A stretch of 64,000 nucleotides of DNA, from the sequence record MN850610.1. One strand, written 5' to 3'. Every line of letters starts with the position of its first letter. Position 1 is the stretch's first letter. Shown here piece after piece: positions 8,557-17,625 of this stretch. This stretch comes from Escherichia phage Andreotti. Below the pieces are notes generated by a model. It searched no databases. It was given only the letters and a program-made list of their open reading frames with translations, and was not told where the DNA came from. The translations under genes and the position numbers were made by a program.

Positions 8557-10338
8557 TTAAAGCTGCTTGTCAATATTATTTCGAATATCTCCAAGAGTTG
8601 TATAACCGAACTGCTCAGAGTCGCTAAAGACTAAACGTAAAGCACAAGCTTGGTGGTCAAGTACATCTGCAAAACTCTGGAATCCATAGCCATCTACAGC
8701 TTTCAGCTTATCACCATCCCACATAGGTGCTACACCACCAAAGGCAGATTTCTTAACACCACTATCTGTTTTAGGGTCTTTTGCAAGCATAATCTCTTTA
8801 CCACCAATGCTTGCAAGAGTTGCTTTGACAGCAAATGCAAAGGTGTCACGAGTCATGTACTGGTAAGTGTAAGAGCCTACACCAAACACTACGTTAGAGC
8901 TTGCAAAACCCATTTCATACAGACGCTTCAGGATTTCGTTTGCACGTTCCAGCGTGATAGAGTCACCATAGATAAGGCCGATGTGCTCATCCAGTACCTT
9001 AAACCCTTTAGAGTTAATAGTCCCTCCGAAGATGTTGTACAGGGTCTTAATAGCTCCATCAATCTCTGCTACAGGACGTGTTACAACGTTTGCAGAGCCA
9101 ACCATATAAGCATTTTTCAACATCACTGTATCAGCAACTCCAAAGTCTTCTCTGTCAACAACCATTTCGTAGCCTTCTGACAGTAGCCATCCAGCAATAC
9201 CATAGTTGATGTTTTCAAGCTTCATGTTCAGAACAGCATTCAACATTGTGTCACTAGCTTCCAGCTTGCTTAGGTGCTCATAATAAGCCTTCTTAGCACA
9301 CTCTAAGTGGATTGCTTTATAGCCTGTGACAATATGTACAGGGTCTCCAGAGTCAGGGCGAATTACCAGCTTACCATCACGTTCCATAATTTCTTTACGA
9401 AGTGCTGGTAAGATTTCTGACACAGTTCTCCAGAAGTTATAAGTATCTGAAACAATACTTGCAATACCAGTTGGGTAAGTTTCTGTTAAGAAACGACGGA
9501 AGGTTTGCAACTCACCTTTAAAGCGTCTTTCCTCTTCAATCAATTCATTACCACCTTCCCAAGCAATGTTTGCACACATTACAGAGTGTTCAGTGGCTGG
9601 TACAGAACTACCAATATCAGAAATTGGGTAAGACTGTCCATAGATGCGTTTAGCCGTGTATACAGCAGGGAAGCTATCAGTTCCTTTAAAGCTGGTTAAG
9701 TGACCTACAGCATTAAATGCGTCATCGGTAAAGCCGGACATACCACGCATAGCAAAGTCATGGCACTGATAAGGTAAATGTAAGTCATTGTCGCAAGTAA
9801 GGTCAGCCCACTTCTTACAGATACGTTTGTAGTGCAATGCAATAGTTGCAATGGTGCAAGTCTTCCAAATCTCAGCAGAGAAAGCATCTTCCAGATAACC
9901 TGCTACCCAATGGAAACCTGAAACAGTGTTCTGGAAGACAATCATTGGAACACACATAGGAACAACTGTACCTTCTTCTACAGCGTATACTTCAACTGGT
10001 AGATAGCCTAAATCGTGAAGTGCTTCCCAATGCTCTCGACCGATAGCATCTTTACCCAGAACACCATTCATGACTTCTAAGATTTCGTCAACTGCTTCTT
10101 TTTTATCACGTTCAAAGAAAGTGGCGTTCCAGTGGTCTATCAGGTAATCTTTAACGAAACGTTGAATACCAAAAGCTACTACACCATCAATTGCTAAGGG
10201 GCTGTTAAACCATTTGTCACTACGTGGTGTCAGGTTGAACATCAAGTATTCTGTTGCACTAGGGTACTGGTAAACATGACCAGATTTGTAAGCATCTGCG
10301 TTTAAACCTGCTGGTACTGCGTAAAGCGATTTAGTCAT
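8557..10338 (-). CDS. nicotinamide phosphoribosyltransferase-like protein (NAMPT/NadV family, or the related Namat)
   Basis: 593-aa ORF directly downstream of a Prs-like gene; assignment rests on size and gene pairing known from Felix-O1/KVP40-type phages, not on a verified motif. Confidence 0.5.
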   Translation of the reverse strand: MTKSLYAVPAGLNADAYKSGHVYQYPSATEYLMFNLTPRSDKWFNSPLAIDGVVAFGIQRFVKDYLIDHWNATFFERDKKEAVDEILEVMNGVLGKDAIGREHWEALHDLGYLPVEVYAVEEGTVVPMCVPMIVFQNTVSGFHWVAGYLEDAFSAEIWKTCTIATIALHYKRICKKWADLTCDNDLHLPYQCHDFAMRGMSGFTDDAFNAVGHLTSFKGTDSFPAVYTAKRIYGQSYPISDIGSSVPATEHSVMCANIAWEGGNELIEEERRFKGELQTFRRFLTETYPTGIASIVSDTYNFWRTVSEILPALRKEIMERDGKLVIRPDSGDPVHIVTGYKAIHLECAKKAYYEHLSKLEASDTMLNAVLNMKLENINYGIAGWLLSEGYEMVVDREDFGVADTVMLKNAYMVGSANVVTRPVAEIDGAIKTLYNIFGGTINSKGFKVLDEHIGLIYGDSITLERANEILKRLYEMGFASSNVVFGVGSYTYQYMTRDTFAFAVKATLASIGGKEIMLAKDPKTDSGVKKSAFGGVAPMWDGDKLKAVDGYGFQSFADVLDHQACALRLVFSDSEQFGYTTLGDIRNNIDKQL

Positions 10339-10358
10339 CTTTTAATCTCTCTCAAAAT

Positions 10359-10374
10359 GGGGCTTTCAAGCCCC
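10359..10374 (-). promoter_or_regulatory. conserved intercistronic stem-loop GGGGCTT-N2-AAGCCCC between the Prs-like and NAMPT-like genes
   Basis: perfect inverted repeat about 20 nt upstream of the NAMPT-like start codon. Confidence 0.45.
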
Positions 10375-10383
10375 TATAAAGTT

Positions 10384-11265
10384 TCAATCAATGGTTGCTA
10401 CAGTAACTTGGGCGTAATGTGTTAAGCCACGGTCTTTAGCTTCACCTAAAGTGTTTGTAGTGTAGATATGGTCAATACCGTTGTCAAGTAAGTTTTCAAC
10501 ACCTTTAGAGAAAATACCATGAGTTACATAGAGTTCCACACGTTTTGCACCTGCTTCACGTAGGTGTTTAGCTGCCTCTACGAAGGTTCGACCACCATCA
10601 CAGATATCATCAAGAATCATGACAGTTTTATCGGTCAAATCAACATCGTCAAGGATTCGCATACCAGTGATTTCTCCAGTCTTAAGATTGCGCACCTTAG
10701 ACATTGTGATATACGGTTTATCCACCTCTTTAGCGGTATCTTCAGTCTTCTTAGCTGCACCTGCATCTGGGGCTACCAAGAAATCAATGCGTGGGTCACT
10801 TGCAAAGTGTACTGCCACATCTTTTTGCTTCATGCTTTGAAAGCACTTAAATAAGTTTTCTGCAACATTACTGTGAGGGTCAAGAGCACATACTGCATCA
10901 AAACCCATTGCATTAACTAGGTTGGCAAAGACTTTCAGTGCTGCTGCATCACCTTTGAACATGTGGCGGTCATATCGAGCATTTGGTAAGAACCCGAAAA
11001 CAACGGTTTTCATCGCTGATTTCTGGGGAACAAGACTGTCAACGGCATCCTTAGCCAAAGCTAATGCAAACAGTGTATCTTTGTCATATCCCTGTACAGT
11101 AATTATAACATTATCAATCTTACCAGCATTACGCTCAGTAAACTTAACAAAATCTTCAGAGAAGTTTCCACCAATTTCTCCAGATGGGAATTGAATGATA
11201 TTAAATTTTTCTGTGTGGAAGAATTTCTCTTGAGCGGTGACGACGGCTTCAATAACAGTTTTCAT
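10384..11265 (-). CDS. ribose-phosphate pyrophosphokinase-like protein (Prs family; could be ADPR-PP synthetase type)
   Basis: PRPP-binding motif VMILDDICDGGRTF near C-terminus; start moved to ATG at 11265 (MKTVIE), preceded by a purine-rich GAGAGAG stretch. Confidence 0.6.
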   Translation of the reverse strand: MKTVIEAVVTAQEKFFHTEKFNIIQFPSGEIGGNFSEDFVKFTERNAGKIDNVIITVQGYDKDTLFALALAKDAVDSLVPQKSAMKTVVFGFLPNARYDRHMFKGDAAALKVFANLVNAMGFDAVCALDPHSNVAENLFKCFQSMKQKDVAVHFASDPRIDFLVAPDAGAAKKTEDTAKEVDKPYITMSKVRNLKTGEITGMRILDDVDLTDKTVMILDDICDGGRTFVEAAKHLREAGAKRVELYVTHGIFSKGVENLLDNGIDHIYTTNTLGEAKDRGLTHYAQVTVATID

Positions 11266-11276
11266 AGTTTTCTCTC

Positions 11277-11555
11277 TCAATCAAAAGTTACGTTTGTTAC
11301 TGCCATTGCAGATTTGCATTTTGCAGGGTCTACAACGTGATAAAGTACACTACAGTTACCTGTGCTGTCTGGTACAGGCTTTACCCATTGCTGCTTTATA
11401 TTTGGCTCCCCTAAGTCTTTGTAAGAGCCATCTGTAAAGTTGTTTACCATCTCAAGTGCAATTGGTTCTGGAACATGCCCACGTATCATGTACATTTCAC
11501 AACCATTACCGCCTTCACTGACTAATGGTAAAATCTCCCACTTCTCTTTAGCCAT
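11277..11555 (-). CDS. hypothetical protein
   Basis: co-directional ORF. Confidence 0.45.
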   Translation of the reverse strand: MAKEKWEILPLVSEGGNGCEMYMIRGHVPEPIALEMVNNFTDGSYKDLGEPNIKQQWVKPVPDSTGNCSVLYHVVDPAKCKSAMAVTNVTFD

Positions 11556-12063
11556 TGTAAGTTGCCCTATAAACTGTCTCGAACTTCAACAGGAGAGATA
11601 TTGCCAAATCTGTATAGTTGTTGTCAAGCACATCTGGCATATTATTTTTGATATATTTCTCTTGCTCTTCATAGGTCATCTTAGTTGTGCTTAGAAGGTT
11701 ATCTCCCTGCTTCTGGTTATCAAGTTTAGTCTGGATAAACCAGTTTGCACAGTGATGCTCACCACCCTTTGTAACAGGTTTGTGGTGGCCTAATGTGAAG
11801 GATTGACTACCTGTGTATCTACAAAGCTTATTGAGCACTGCAATGGTGTTCTTCACAACAAAACATTCATACAGGTTATCTATAGTGTAGTGTGGGTAAT
11901 AACGGAATAGTACTCTTTCACGAGTACTTTCACGATTCCAGAGAATCATGTGATTGGAGTTTGAGGGGTCGTATTGGTGGGAGTCAATGAACTCTTGACG
12001 TTCCTCAAAGCTAAGTCTTAACACTGACATTGCAGCAGAACGTTTTAGGTTTGACAGATACAT
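11548..12063 (-). CDS. hypothetical protein
   Basis: co-directional ORF. Confidence 0.5.
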   Translation of the reverse strand: MYLSNLKRSAAMSVLRLSFEERQEFIDSHQYDPSNSNHMILWNRESTRERVLFRYYPHYTIDNLYECFVVKNTIAVLNKLCRYTGSQSFTLGHHKPVTKGGEHHCANWFIQTKLDNQKQGDNLLSTTKMTYEEQEKYIKNNMPDVLDNNYTDLAISLLLKFETVYRATYNG

Positions 12064-12074
12064 ATCATCTCCAA

Positions 12075-12103
12075 AATAAAAAGGGAACTGTAAAGGTTCC
12101 CTT
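12075..12103 (-). terminator. intrinsic terminator (agggaac-loop-gttccct plus U-run on minus transcript)
   Basis: A-run then hairpin on plus strand, downstream of gene ending 12115. Confidence 0.5.
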
Positions 12104-12114
12104 ATAGTATCTGT

Positions 12115-12435
12115 TTACTGAGCTACTTTCAAGATGCTTGTGAATGAAATCTCACTCTCATCCATAAACTCTTTTGCTTCTCCAGTAACTTTTACAAAGT
12201 TATCTAGGCAGATAATCTTCTTATCTTTCTTGCTATAGGTTAGCTTGACCTTTTCAATATCTTTCTTAGAGTTTTTCTCTTCATTAAAGAGCTTCACAGC
12301 TTCTTTAAATGGTAGGTATGAACCATCATCATCGCTAATAAAACCTGTGCCGCAATAGTAGAAGTTATATTCTTTAGCCATAAACTGGCACAGTACGAAA
12401 ATCTGTAATTTGCGAGTGTTATATACTTTGCTCAT
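12115..12435 (-). CDS. hypothetical protein
   Basis: co-directional ORF. Confidence 0.5.
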   Translation of the reverse strand: MSKVYNTRKLQIFVLCQFMAKEYNFYYCGTGFISDDDGSYLPFKEAVKLFNEEKNSKKDIEKVKLTYSKKDKKIICLDNFVKVTGEAKEFMDESEISFTSILKVAQ

Positions 12436-12437
12436 GA

Positions 12438-12704
12438 TTATTTAACCTTCTTATTACGTTTACGGTTACGAGCTTTCTTAGCTGCTCGTTTAATAGCTGC
12501 TGCACCAGACTGGTGGTGAGCTTGTTTCTTACCACCTTTACCACGTCCTACGTAGATGTAAGGCTGCTGTTCAATTTGGCTTGTAAGAACCTGTGCAACC
12601 GCTGAAGCATCTACACCGACCTGCTTTCCAGTCATAGAAATGATTGCTGCTGCTTTTGCCAGTGCCTTCAAGAAGCCAGCCTTCATATTACCTAAAATTC
12701 CCAT
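12438..12704 (-). CDS. small protein with poly-basic C-terminal tail (nucleic-acid binding?)
   Basis: C-terminus KRAAKKARNRKRNKKVK. Confidence 0.45.
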   Translation of the reverse strand: MGILGNMKAGFLKALAKAAAIISMTGKQVGVDASAVAQVLTSQIEQQPYIYVGRGKGGKKQAHHQSGAAAIKRAAKKARNRKRNKKVK

Positions 12705-12719
12705 TTTTAGTCTCTCTCA

Positions 12720-13076
12720 TTAAAGTTTAATACAGAACTTATGGAGTTCTTCTTCAGTGATACCGATTGGAGTTACACCTTCTCTGATGTTTTGAATCCT
12801 GTAGAAGTCTCCAAATTTATCTGACTCGTGTATGGCAAAGGTGACATTCTTTACAATCGTTGCAAGAGCACATAATGAATGTGCACCAAATTTTTCTCTT
12901 GTATAAATAATCCAGGCATCTAACTTGTTGATGTCATAAGTCCACTTGCCAGAATAATCATTCTGCTCGCCATTGACAATCGCCTTGCCATCCATACTCT
13001 TTTCTCCAGAGGTTTTGGTTATCAGAACCACGATATGGTTTAACTGTTGGTTTAGACGAATCATACTTACCATCAA
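12720..13076 (-). CDS. hypothetical protein; true start probably downstream of the track start
   Basis: track start is TTG and overlaps the nrdG 3' end by about 119 nt. Confidence 0.3.
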   Translation of the reverse strand: MMVSMIRLNQQLNHIVVLITKTSGEKSMDGKAIVNGEQNDYSGKWTYDINKLDAWIIYTREKFGAHSLCALATIVKNVTFAIHESDKFGDFYRIQNIREGVTPIGITEEELHKFCIKL

Positions 13077-13443
13077 TCACCACGTCAACATATTTCATTA
13101 CATCTAAGTGGATTTTTTCGTGCAGTTGAAAACCTGTCCAAAGCCATATAGACTTTTCTGGATAAACAGTTTTAATACGCTTGCATATGTTGGTGACCTC
13201 TTGAATGTTTCTGTCATCCAGAGGCTCCCCACCAAGTATTGACAGCCCACTGATAGCATTATCATCCATTAACTTAATGATGCCGTAGAGGTTTGCATAG
13301 GTAAACTCTTTACCAGCATTAAACTTCCAAGACTCCCTGTTAAAGCAGCCTTCACAGTGATGCTTACAACCAGCTACGAAGAGGCTTACACGAACCCCTT
13401 CACCATTAGCTGTGTCAAATGGTCTAATCTCCATGTAATTCAT
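12958..13443 (-). CDS. nrdG: anaerobic ribonucleotide reductase activating protein (radical SAM)
   Basis: CKHHCEGC (CxxxCxxC) radical-SAM motif near N-terminus, about 160 aa, RGSDNQ near C-terminus. Confidence 0.7.
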   Translation of the reverse strand: MNYMEIRPFDTANGEGVRVSLFVAGCKHHCEGCFNRESWKFNAGKEFTYANLYGIIKLMDDNAISGLSILGGEPLDDRNIQEVTNICKRIKTVYPEKSIWLWTGFQLHEKIHLDVMKYVDVVIDGKYDSSKPTVKPYRGSDNQNLWRKEYGWQGDCQWRAE

Positions 13444-13502
13444 CTAGTTACCTCACCAATAAATATAAATGTTCTTTAAACCTTTTCTTCGAATTGTTTT
13501 AC

Positions 13503-13898
13503 TCATTCAAACACCACCTCACAAGGAACCTGTTTAGTAATAAACTCTTCACAGTGTTCTTTAATAAAGTTTTGTAATGGAACACAGTCTTGCGCGCAAG
13601 TCATTAGCATAATGTACTCTGGATTCATGATGTTTTCAAGGGTGTAGAAGACAACATCATTAGATAATTCATGACCATCTTCTTCAGACCAAGTTCCAGT
13701 GACTACAGCTAATTTATCAAGTAACTCATTAGGCAACGCTACACCGTCTTCTACGGAGTCGCTTAGAACATTGTCGCTGATGTACAATGTGAAGACTGTA
13801 TGGAATGTTGAGTATTTTACGTGATTCTTTTCGCAAGAGCCACACTCTGAGGCGTAGTCTTTAACCCACTCTAACTGTTTTTGGTTCAACTTAATCAT
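13503..13898 (-). CDS. hypothetical protein
   Basis: co-directional ORF. Confidence 0.45.
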   Translation of the reverse strand: MIKLNQKQLEWVKDYASECGSCEKNHVKYSTFHTVFTLYISDNVLSDSVEDGVALPNELLDKLAVVTGTWSEEDGHELSNDVVFYTLENIMNPEYIMLMTCAQDCVPLQNFIKEHCEEFITKQVPCEVVFE

Positions 13899-14095
13899 AA
13901 TTTCACCCTAGTTGGTAATGCACTGAATGCTATAGCTAACCCTAAAAATGGTTTGAAGCATGACCATAAATCCATTTGTCCGTGATATGATAATCTCCAT
14001 TGTGGGTCTGAAAAACCCCATACCATAACACTAACCCCAAAGAAGAAGATTAGAATGTGGAGTATGTATATCAACGTTTTTGATATTTTAAACAT
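13895..14095 (-). CDS. small membrane protein
   Basis: hydrophobic segment ILHILIFFFGVSVMVWGF. Confidence 0.4.
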   Translation of the reverse strand: MFKISKTLIYILHILIFFFGVSVMVWGFSDPQWRLSYHGQMDLWSCFKPFLGLAIAFSALPTRVKL

Positions 14096-14199
14096 TTTAA
14101 CTTATCTCTCAATTCACAATAAGAAAGTCCTAAAAAGAATCCTAGTAAGACAGAACCTATGAACAAACCGATAATACTCTCTGCCATGTCTGACATCCA

Positions 14200-14238
14200 A
14201 TAAAAAGGTGATGTAAGCCTATCAAGACCCACATCACC
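14200..14238 (-). terminator. intrinsic terminator after nrdD (8-bp stem ggtgatgt/acatcacc, large loop, U-run)
   Basis: inverted repeat plus A5 on plus strand immediately downstream of nrdD stop at 14249. Confidence 0.45.
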
Positions 14239-14248
14239 TTGTCAAGTT

Positions 14249-15115
14249 TTACATAGAAATCCTGTCACGAATCTCAGCGATTTTTGCATCATTCATTCGG
14301 GATTCACCTTTAATCTTAGTCCATCCCAGATATCCGCACACCCTGTTAATCACAGAGATGTCATGTGAATGGCAAACCTCACATTCTTCAACATCAGCCT
14401 TTGGTCTGTTACCACAATGTTCACAGATTGCTAAGTCAAAGTTAAGTCCCTGATAGAAACCTTTCAACATACCTCTTGTAATACAACTTTTAAGTGCTGG
14501 TAAGTTTTCTGGGTTAGCTACCCTTACATACTGGATTCTGCCACCTCTACAGATATGGAAGAATGGCTCTTCTAAGTCCTGCTTCTCAAATGGTGAGATG
14601 TTTGCTGCAACATTCATATGGAAACTGTTTGTAAAGTATTCCTTGTCAGAAACGCCTTTAATAACACCAAACATATCTCTGAACTGTTTTAGCTGAGTTC
14701 CACACAATGACTCTGCTGGAGTGCCATATACTGCATACAGGAAGCCATCTTCATTCTTAAACTCTTCAGTTTTCATGTTAATGTATGCCAGAACATCGTA
14801 TGCAAAACTAGAACTTCCAACTTCATGAAGTCGTTTACCTTCAGCAAGAACAGATAACTCATCAAGAGCAGTAACCCCAAAAGAAGCTGTGAAGGATTTC
14901 ACAATATCCCAACCAACCTTGTCAGTAGGCTTCTTAGTCCCTTTATACAGACCACCTTGTGTGAATGCAAGAGGGTTAGAACTTGCTGGCATATTGGCAA
15001 TCATTTCGTAACGTTTCTTATGGAAGCTGCGAATCATTTCTAGGTACTTATCAAGCTCTTTCCAGAAATCTAAACCATTCTCTTTAGAATACTGGTAAAT
15101 CATTGGTAAGTTCAA
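14249..15115 (-). CDS. nrdD: anaerobic ribonucleoside-triphosphate reductase, C-terminal part (exon 2)
   Basis: glycyl-radical motif RVCGYLG and Zn ribbon CEHCG...CEVC at C-terminus; exon boundary not determined, track start is only the first Met. Confidence 0.7.
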   Translation of the reverse strand: MNLPMIYQYSKENGLDFWKELDKYLEMIRSFHKKRYEMIANMPASSNPLAFTQGGLYKGTKKPTDKVGWDIVKSFTASFGVTALDELSVLAEGKRLHEVGSSSFAYDVLAYINMKTEEFKNEDGFLYAVYGTPAESLCGTQLKQFRDMFGVIKGVSDKEYFTNSFHMNVAANISPFEKQDLEEPFFHICRGGRIQYVRVANPENLPALKSCITRGMLKGFYQGLNFDLAICEHCGNRPKADVEECEVCHSHDISVINRVCGYLGWTKIKGESRMNDAKIAEIRDRISM

Positions 15116-15935
15116 AGATACAGCACCAATGTTAGCACGACCTACATAAAACTCTTCACCATCTTCGTTATGGTATGGTGATAAAAACGCTCTACACTTG
15201 TTGTTCAGGTAAGTTCGCTACGCTTACCCCGCTTTATTCAAGCTGCTTACTGTCACCAGTAAGTCCAGACTATATCTTCTACTTATTTCTAAGTAGCGTA
15301 CCATTTCGAGTCGCTTGACCCTACACCGCTACATTCATCACGGTTAGTCGTTTGGCATTTAGATGTATTCAAATTCATGTTCAAAGTTATTATGTTCTTT
15401 TACACCCTTCAGTATTGAAGAGATAGTCTTGCGATTATACCCAAGTATCTTGGATAACTCTCGTATCGAGTTCGCAACAATAACTTCTTTTGTTACTTTG
15501 TGTGTAGCCTTCACAGCATATGAACGCTTACAAAACTTGTAGCAACCATTCTCATAACCTTCTTTAACATTCTCAGAATGAGTTCCCCATTCTAAGTTAG
15601 AAGCATGGTTATTCAGTTTGTTATCATCTTTGTGTTTTACAATTGGAAGATTGTTCGGGTTAGGTACATATTTCTCAGCAACTAACCTATGAACATACAT
15701 GTCACGATTCTTCTTACCGTAAAACCTCACTTTCATATACCCAGTGTTGGATTTCCACTGCTTAAGTTCTACACCATTTTTCCTAAAGACTCTTCCGTCT
15801 TCAGTAACATGATAATTTGGCATGTAATACTCCTATGTTGTATAGTTTCTTACATCGTACATCATTTAGCACAGGATTGTCTACATCTGTAGAGTTTCCC
15901 TGTTTAGGCACGTTTTAGATGAGCTATAGAGCCTG
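15116..15935 (-). mobile_element. intervening sequence splitting nrdD, probably a self-splicing (group I-like) intron carrying an HNH homing endonuclease; boundaries approximate
   Basis: nrdD reading frame broken by stop at 15936 and resumed downstream; insertion contains a free-standing HNH ORF plus non-coding flanks; T4-type phages carry introns in nrdD. Confidence 0.45.
15359..15823 (-). CDS. HNH homing endonuclease (intron-encoded)
   Basis: HNH motif HKDDNKLNNHASNLEWGTHSEN; C-terminal helix-turn-helix-like region. Confidence 0.6.
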   Translation of the reverse strand: MPNYHVTEDGRVFRKNGVELKQWKSNTGYMKVRFYGKKNRDMYVHRLVAEKYVPNPNNLPIVKHKDDNKLNNHASNLEWGTHSENVKEGYENGCYKFCKRSYAVKATHKVTKEVIVANSIRELSKILGYNRKTISSILKGVKEHNNFEHEFEYI

Positions 15936-17135
15936 TTAACCCATCGGTGAAATAACCTTGCCAGAACGCTCAAAAGCTTCTGCTACAGCACCATGACCAG
16001 ATACACTTAAGAAATCTGGATACATTGCTTTAGAGCAACACTCAATAGCTTTACTGTACAGGTGTCCTTGACAGATATTCTCATCGTGTCTCTTCTGGTC
16101 ATAAATATAAACCAGTTTAGGGAATACAACAGGCTTCTTGCTCTTACCTTGTCCATTCATACGAACATCTAGGAGAGTACTTGCAATCATGTATTGCAGT
16201 CGGTTATCTTCATTGGACATATCTGAGTCAAGTAACCCGAATGTCAAAGTTGTAAATGCAAAATCCCCACGGCTACAAGGCACAGTGTTTAGCTTCATTT
16301 CAAGTGACTGGAAACCTTGAGTCAGTTCAATCTGTAGCTGCTCCATGACATAGTTGTGGTAATGTTCTTTAGGAATACCATAAGCTGTTGCTTTTTCAGC
16401 ATGGTAACGTAGAGACTTCTTAGCATACGGTACAAGTACCTTATCAATCTCTGCTAAAGTAAAGCCACCAAATTGCTGTGCAGTTGCTGAAAGAACTACA
16501 TCACCAATAACCTGTAAGGCTGATAGTACAGACTTTGGTTCACAATATTCAATGCCAGACATTTCAAAGCCACCTTTCAGGACTTTACCAATGTCAAACA
16601 GACAACAGTTGATACCACCAAAAATTAGGTCTCTTAAGTCATGGATATAAATAAACCCTTTTTCAATGGCTTCAAGTTCCTCTGGTGTTAAGTGGTACTG
16701 TTTAAAGATTTCTTTAGTCAGGTAACCACGAATAATTGAACCTTTTGTAGAAATTAAACTGCTGTCAAAATTAGCGTTTTCTCGGTCACCTAAGAAGAGT
16801 GTATCCTTAGTCTTCTGGTAAAGTTCATCCCAATTTTGAGCAACTTCTTTACGGTAATTTCTATATGTTGAGTAAGACTCATAAATCTCGTGATTGACTT
16901 CTGCCAAAGCACCCTCAACAATACTGTGAATATCATTTACTGAAATTAGCAAATTATTCTGTTTAGTAGATTTTACCAGAATCCTCATAAATGCTGACTC
17001 AAGAGCTTGAGTAACATCTGGTGGAAGCTCTTTATAACCAACTCTGTTAGCTGACTTTGTGACTGCTACTAAAACTTTTTTGATATCAGGTTCTTCAAGT
17101 GAGCCATTCTTTTTAATAATCTGTACTTTGTTCAT
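15936..17135 (-). CDS. nrdD: anaerobic ribonucleoside-triphosphate reductase, N-terminal part (exon 1)
   Basis: about 400 aa upstream partner of the glycyl-radical C-terminal part, adjacent to nrdG; terminates at an in-frame stop before the insertion. Confidence 0.6.
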   Translation of the reverse strand: MNKVQIIKKNGSLEEPDIKKVLVAVTKSANRVGYKELPPDVTQALESAFMRILVKSTKQNNLLISVNDIHSIVEGALAEVNHEIYESYSTYRNYRKEVAQNWDELYQKTKDTLFLGDRENANFDSSLISTKGSIIRGYLTKEIFKQYHLTPEELEAIEKGFIYIHDLRDLIFGGINCCLFDIGKVLKGGFEMSGIEYCEPKSVLSALQVIGDVVLSATAQQFGGFTLAEIDKVLVPYAKKSLRYHAEKATAYGIPKEHYHNYVMEQLQIELTQGFQSLEMKLNTVPCSRGDFAFTTLTFGLLDSDMSNEDNRLQYMIASTLLDVRMNGQGKSKKPVVFPKLVYIYDQKRHDENICQGHLYSKAIECCSKAMYPDFLSVSGHGAVAEAFERSGKVISPMG

Positions 17136-17154
17136 TATTGCCCCTTTACATGTT

Positions 17155-17176
17155 AAAAAGGTCTCCGAAGAGACCC
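17155..17176 (-). terminator. intrinsic terminator (ggtctc-cgaa-gagacc plus U-run)
   Basis: A5 then hairpin on plus strand between genes ending 17184 and starting 17135. Confidence 0.5.
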
Positions 17177-17183
17177 TTTCATT

Positions 17184-17390
17184 TTAAATCTTTTTAGAAA
17201 ACTTCGCAAAGAGTTCTCTTAGTTTTTCAGTGATACCTAACTGTATCTCTAATATTTCGAAGATAACCCATAGTAACATGGCTCCAAACAATGAACCTTG
17301 TTCAAAGTCAGTAAATAGGTTAACAATAAGCATACCAATCACAATAGCTGGTGCATCAACAACCAAACCTTCCCAAATGCGTTTAAGCAT
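17184..17390 (-). CDS. small membrane protein
   Basis: hydrophobic segments VVDAPAIVIGMLIVNLF and LFGAMLLWVIFEIL. Confidence 0.4.
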   Translation of the reverse strand: MLKRIWEGLVVDAPAIVIGMLIVNLFTDFEQGSLFGAMLLWVIFEILEIQLGITEKLRELFAKFSKKI

Positions 17391-17625
17391 TATTCACCTC
17401 TGCCATAAAATTCTGTAGCGTCCCAACAGGTTTTAGGTTTTGTCCATCAGTTTTCATGATGAATGGCATCTGACGAACTGGCATCTGTGCAATATCCATC
17501 AGGTCTGATAGCTCATAGTCCTGTCCTAACATTCTCACAACATGGTCAATACCACGAGCTTTTGCAAAATTCTTTGCAGTCTCACACTGAGGGCATCCAG
17601 TTTTGGAGTAAATTATATAAGTCAT
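17383..17625 (-). CDS. glutaredoxin-like redoxin (RNR electron donor)
   Basis: CPQC active-site motif near N-terminus, 80 aa, directly downstream of nrdB. Confidence 0.6.
   Translation of the reverse strand: MTYIIYSKTGCPQCETAKNFAKARGIDHVVRMLGQDYELSDLMDIAQMPVRQMPFIMKTDGQNLKPVGTLQNFMAEVNNA

Noticed and set aside
8650-9180. 176-aa plus-strand ORF inside the NAMPT-like gene, and similar antisense ORFs (46775-47302, 60199-60639, 31104-31493, 31548-31952, 4678-5022)
   Set aside because: All are embedded antisense in longer ORFs that fit the co-directional gene blocks; no independent support.
12958-13443. Possible frameshift or sequencing error in nrdG, because the downstream ORF 12720-13076 overlaps it by about 119 nt
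   Set aside because: The nrdG frame already contains the radical-SAM motif and a C-terminal RGSDNQ region at a plausible full length; the overlap is more simply explained by the downstream ORF starting at a later ATG.
14101-14186. 30-aa hydrophobic minus-strand mini-ORF in the gap downstream of nrdD
   Set aside because: Too short and unsupported to call.
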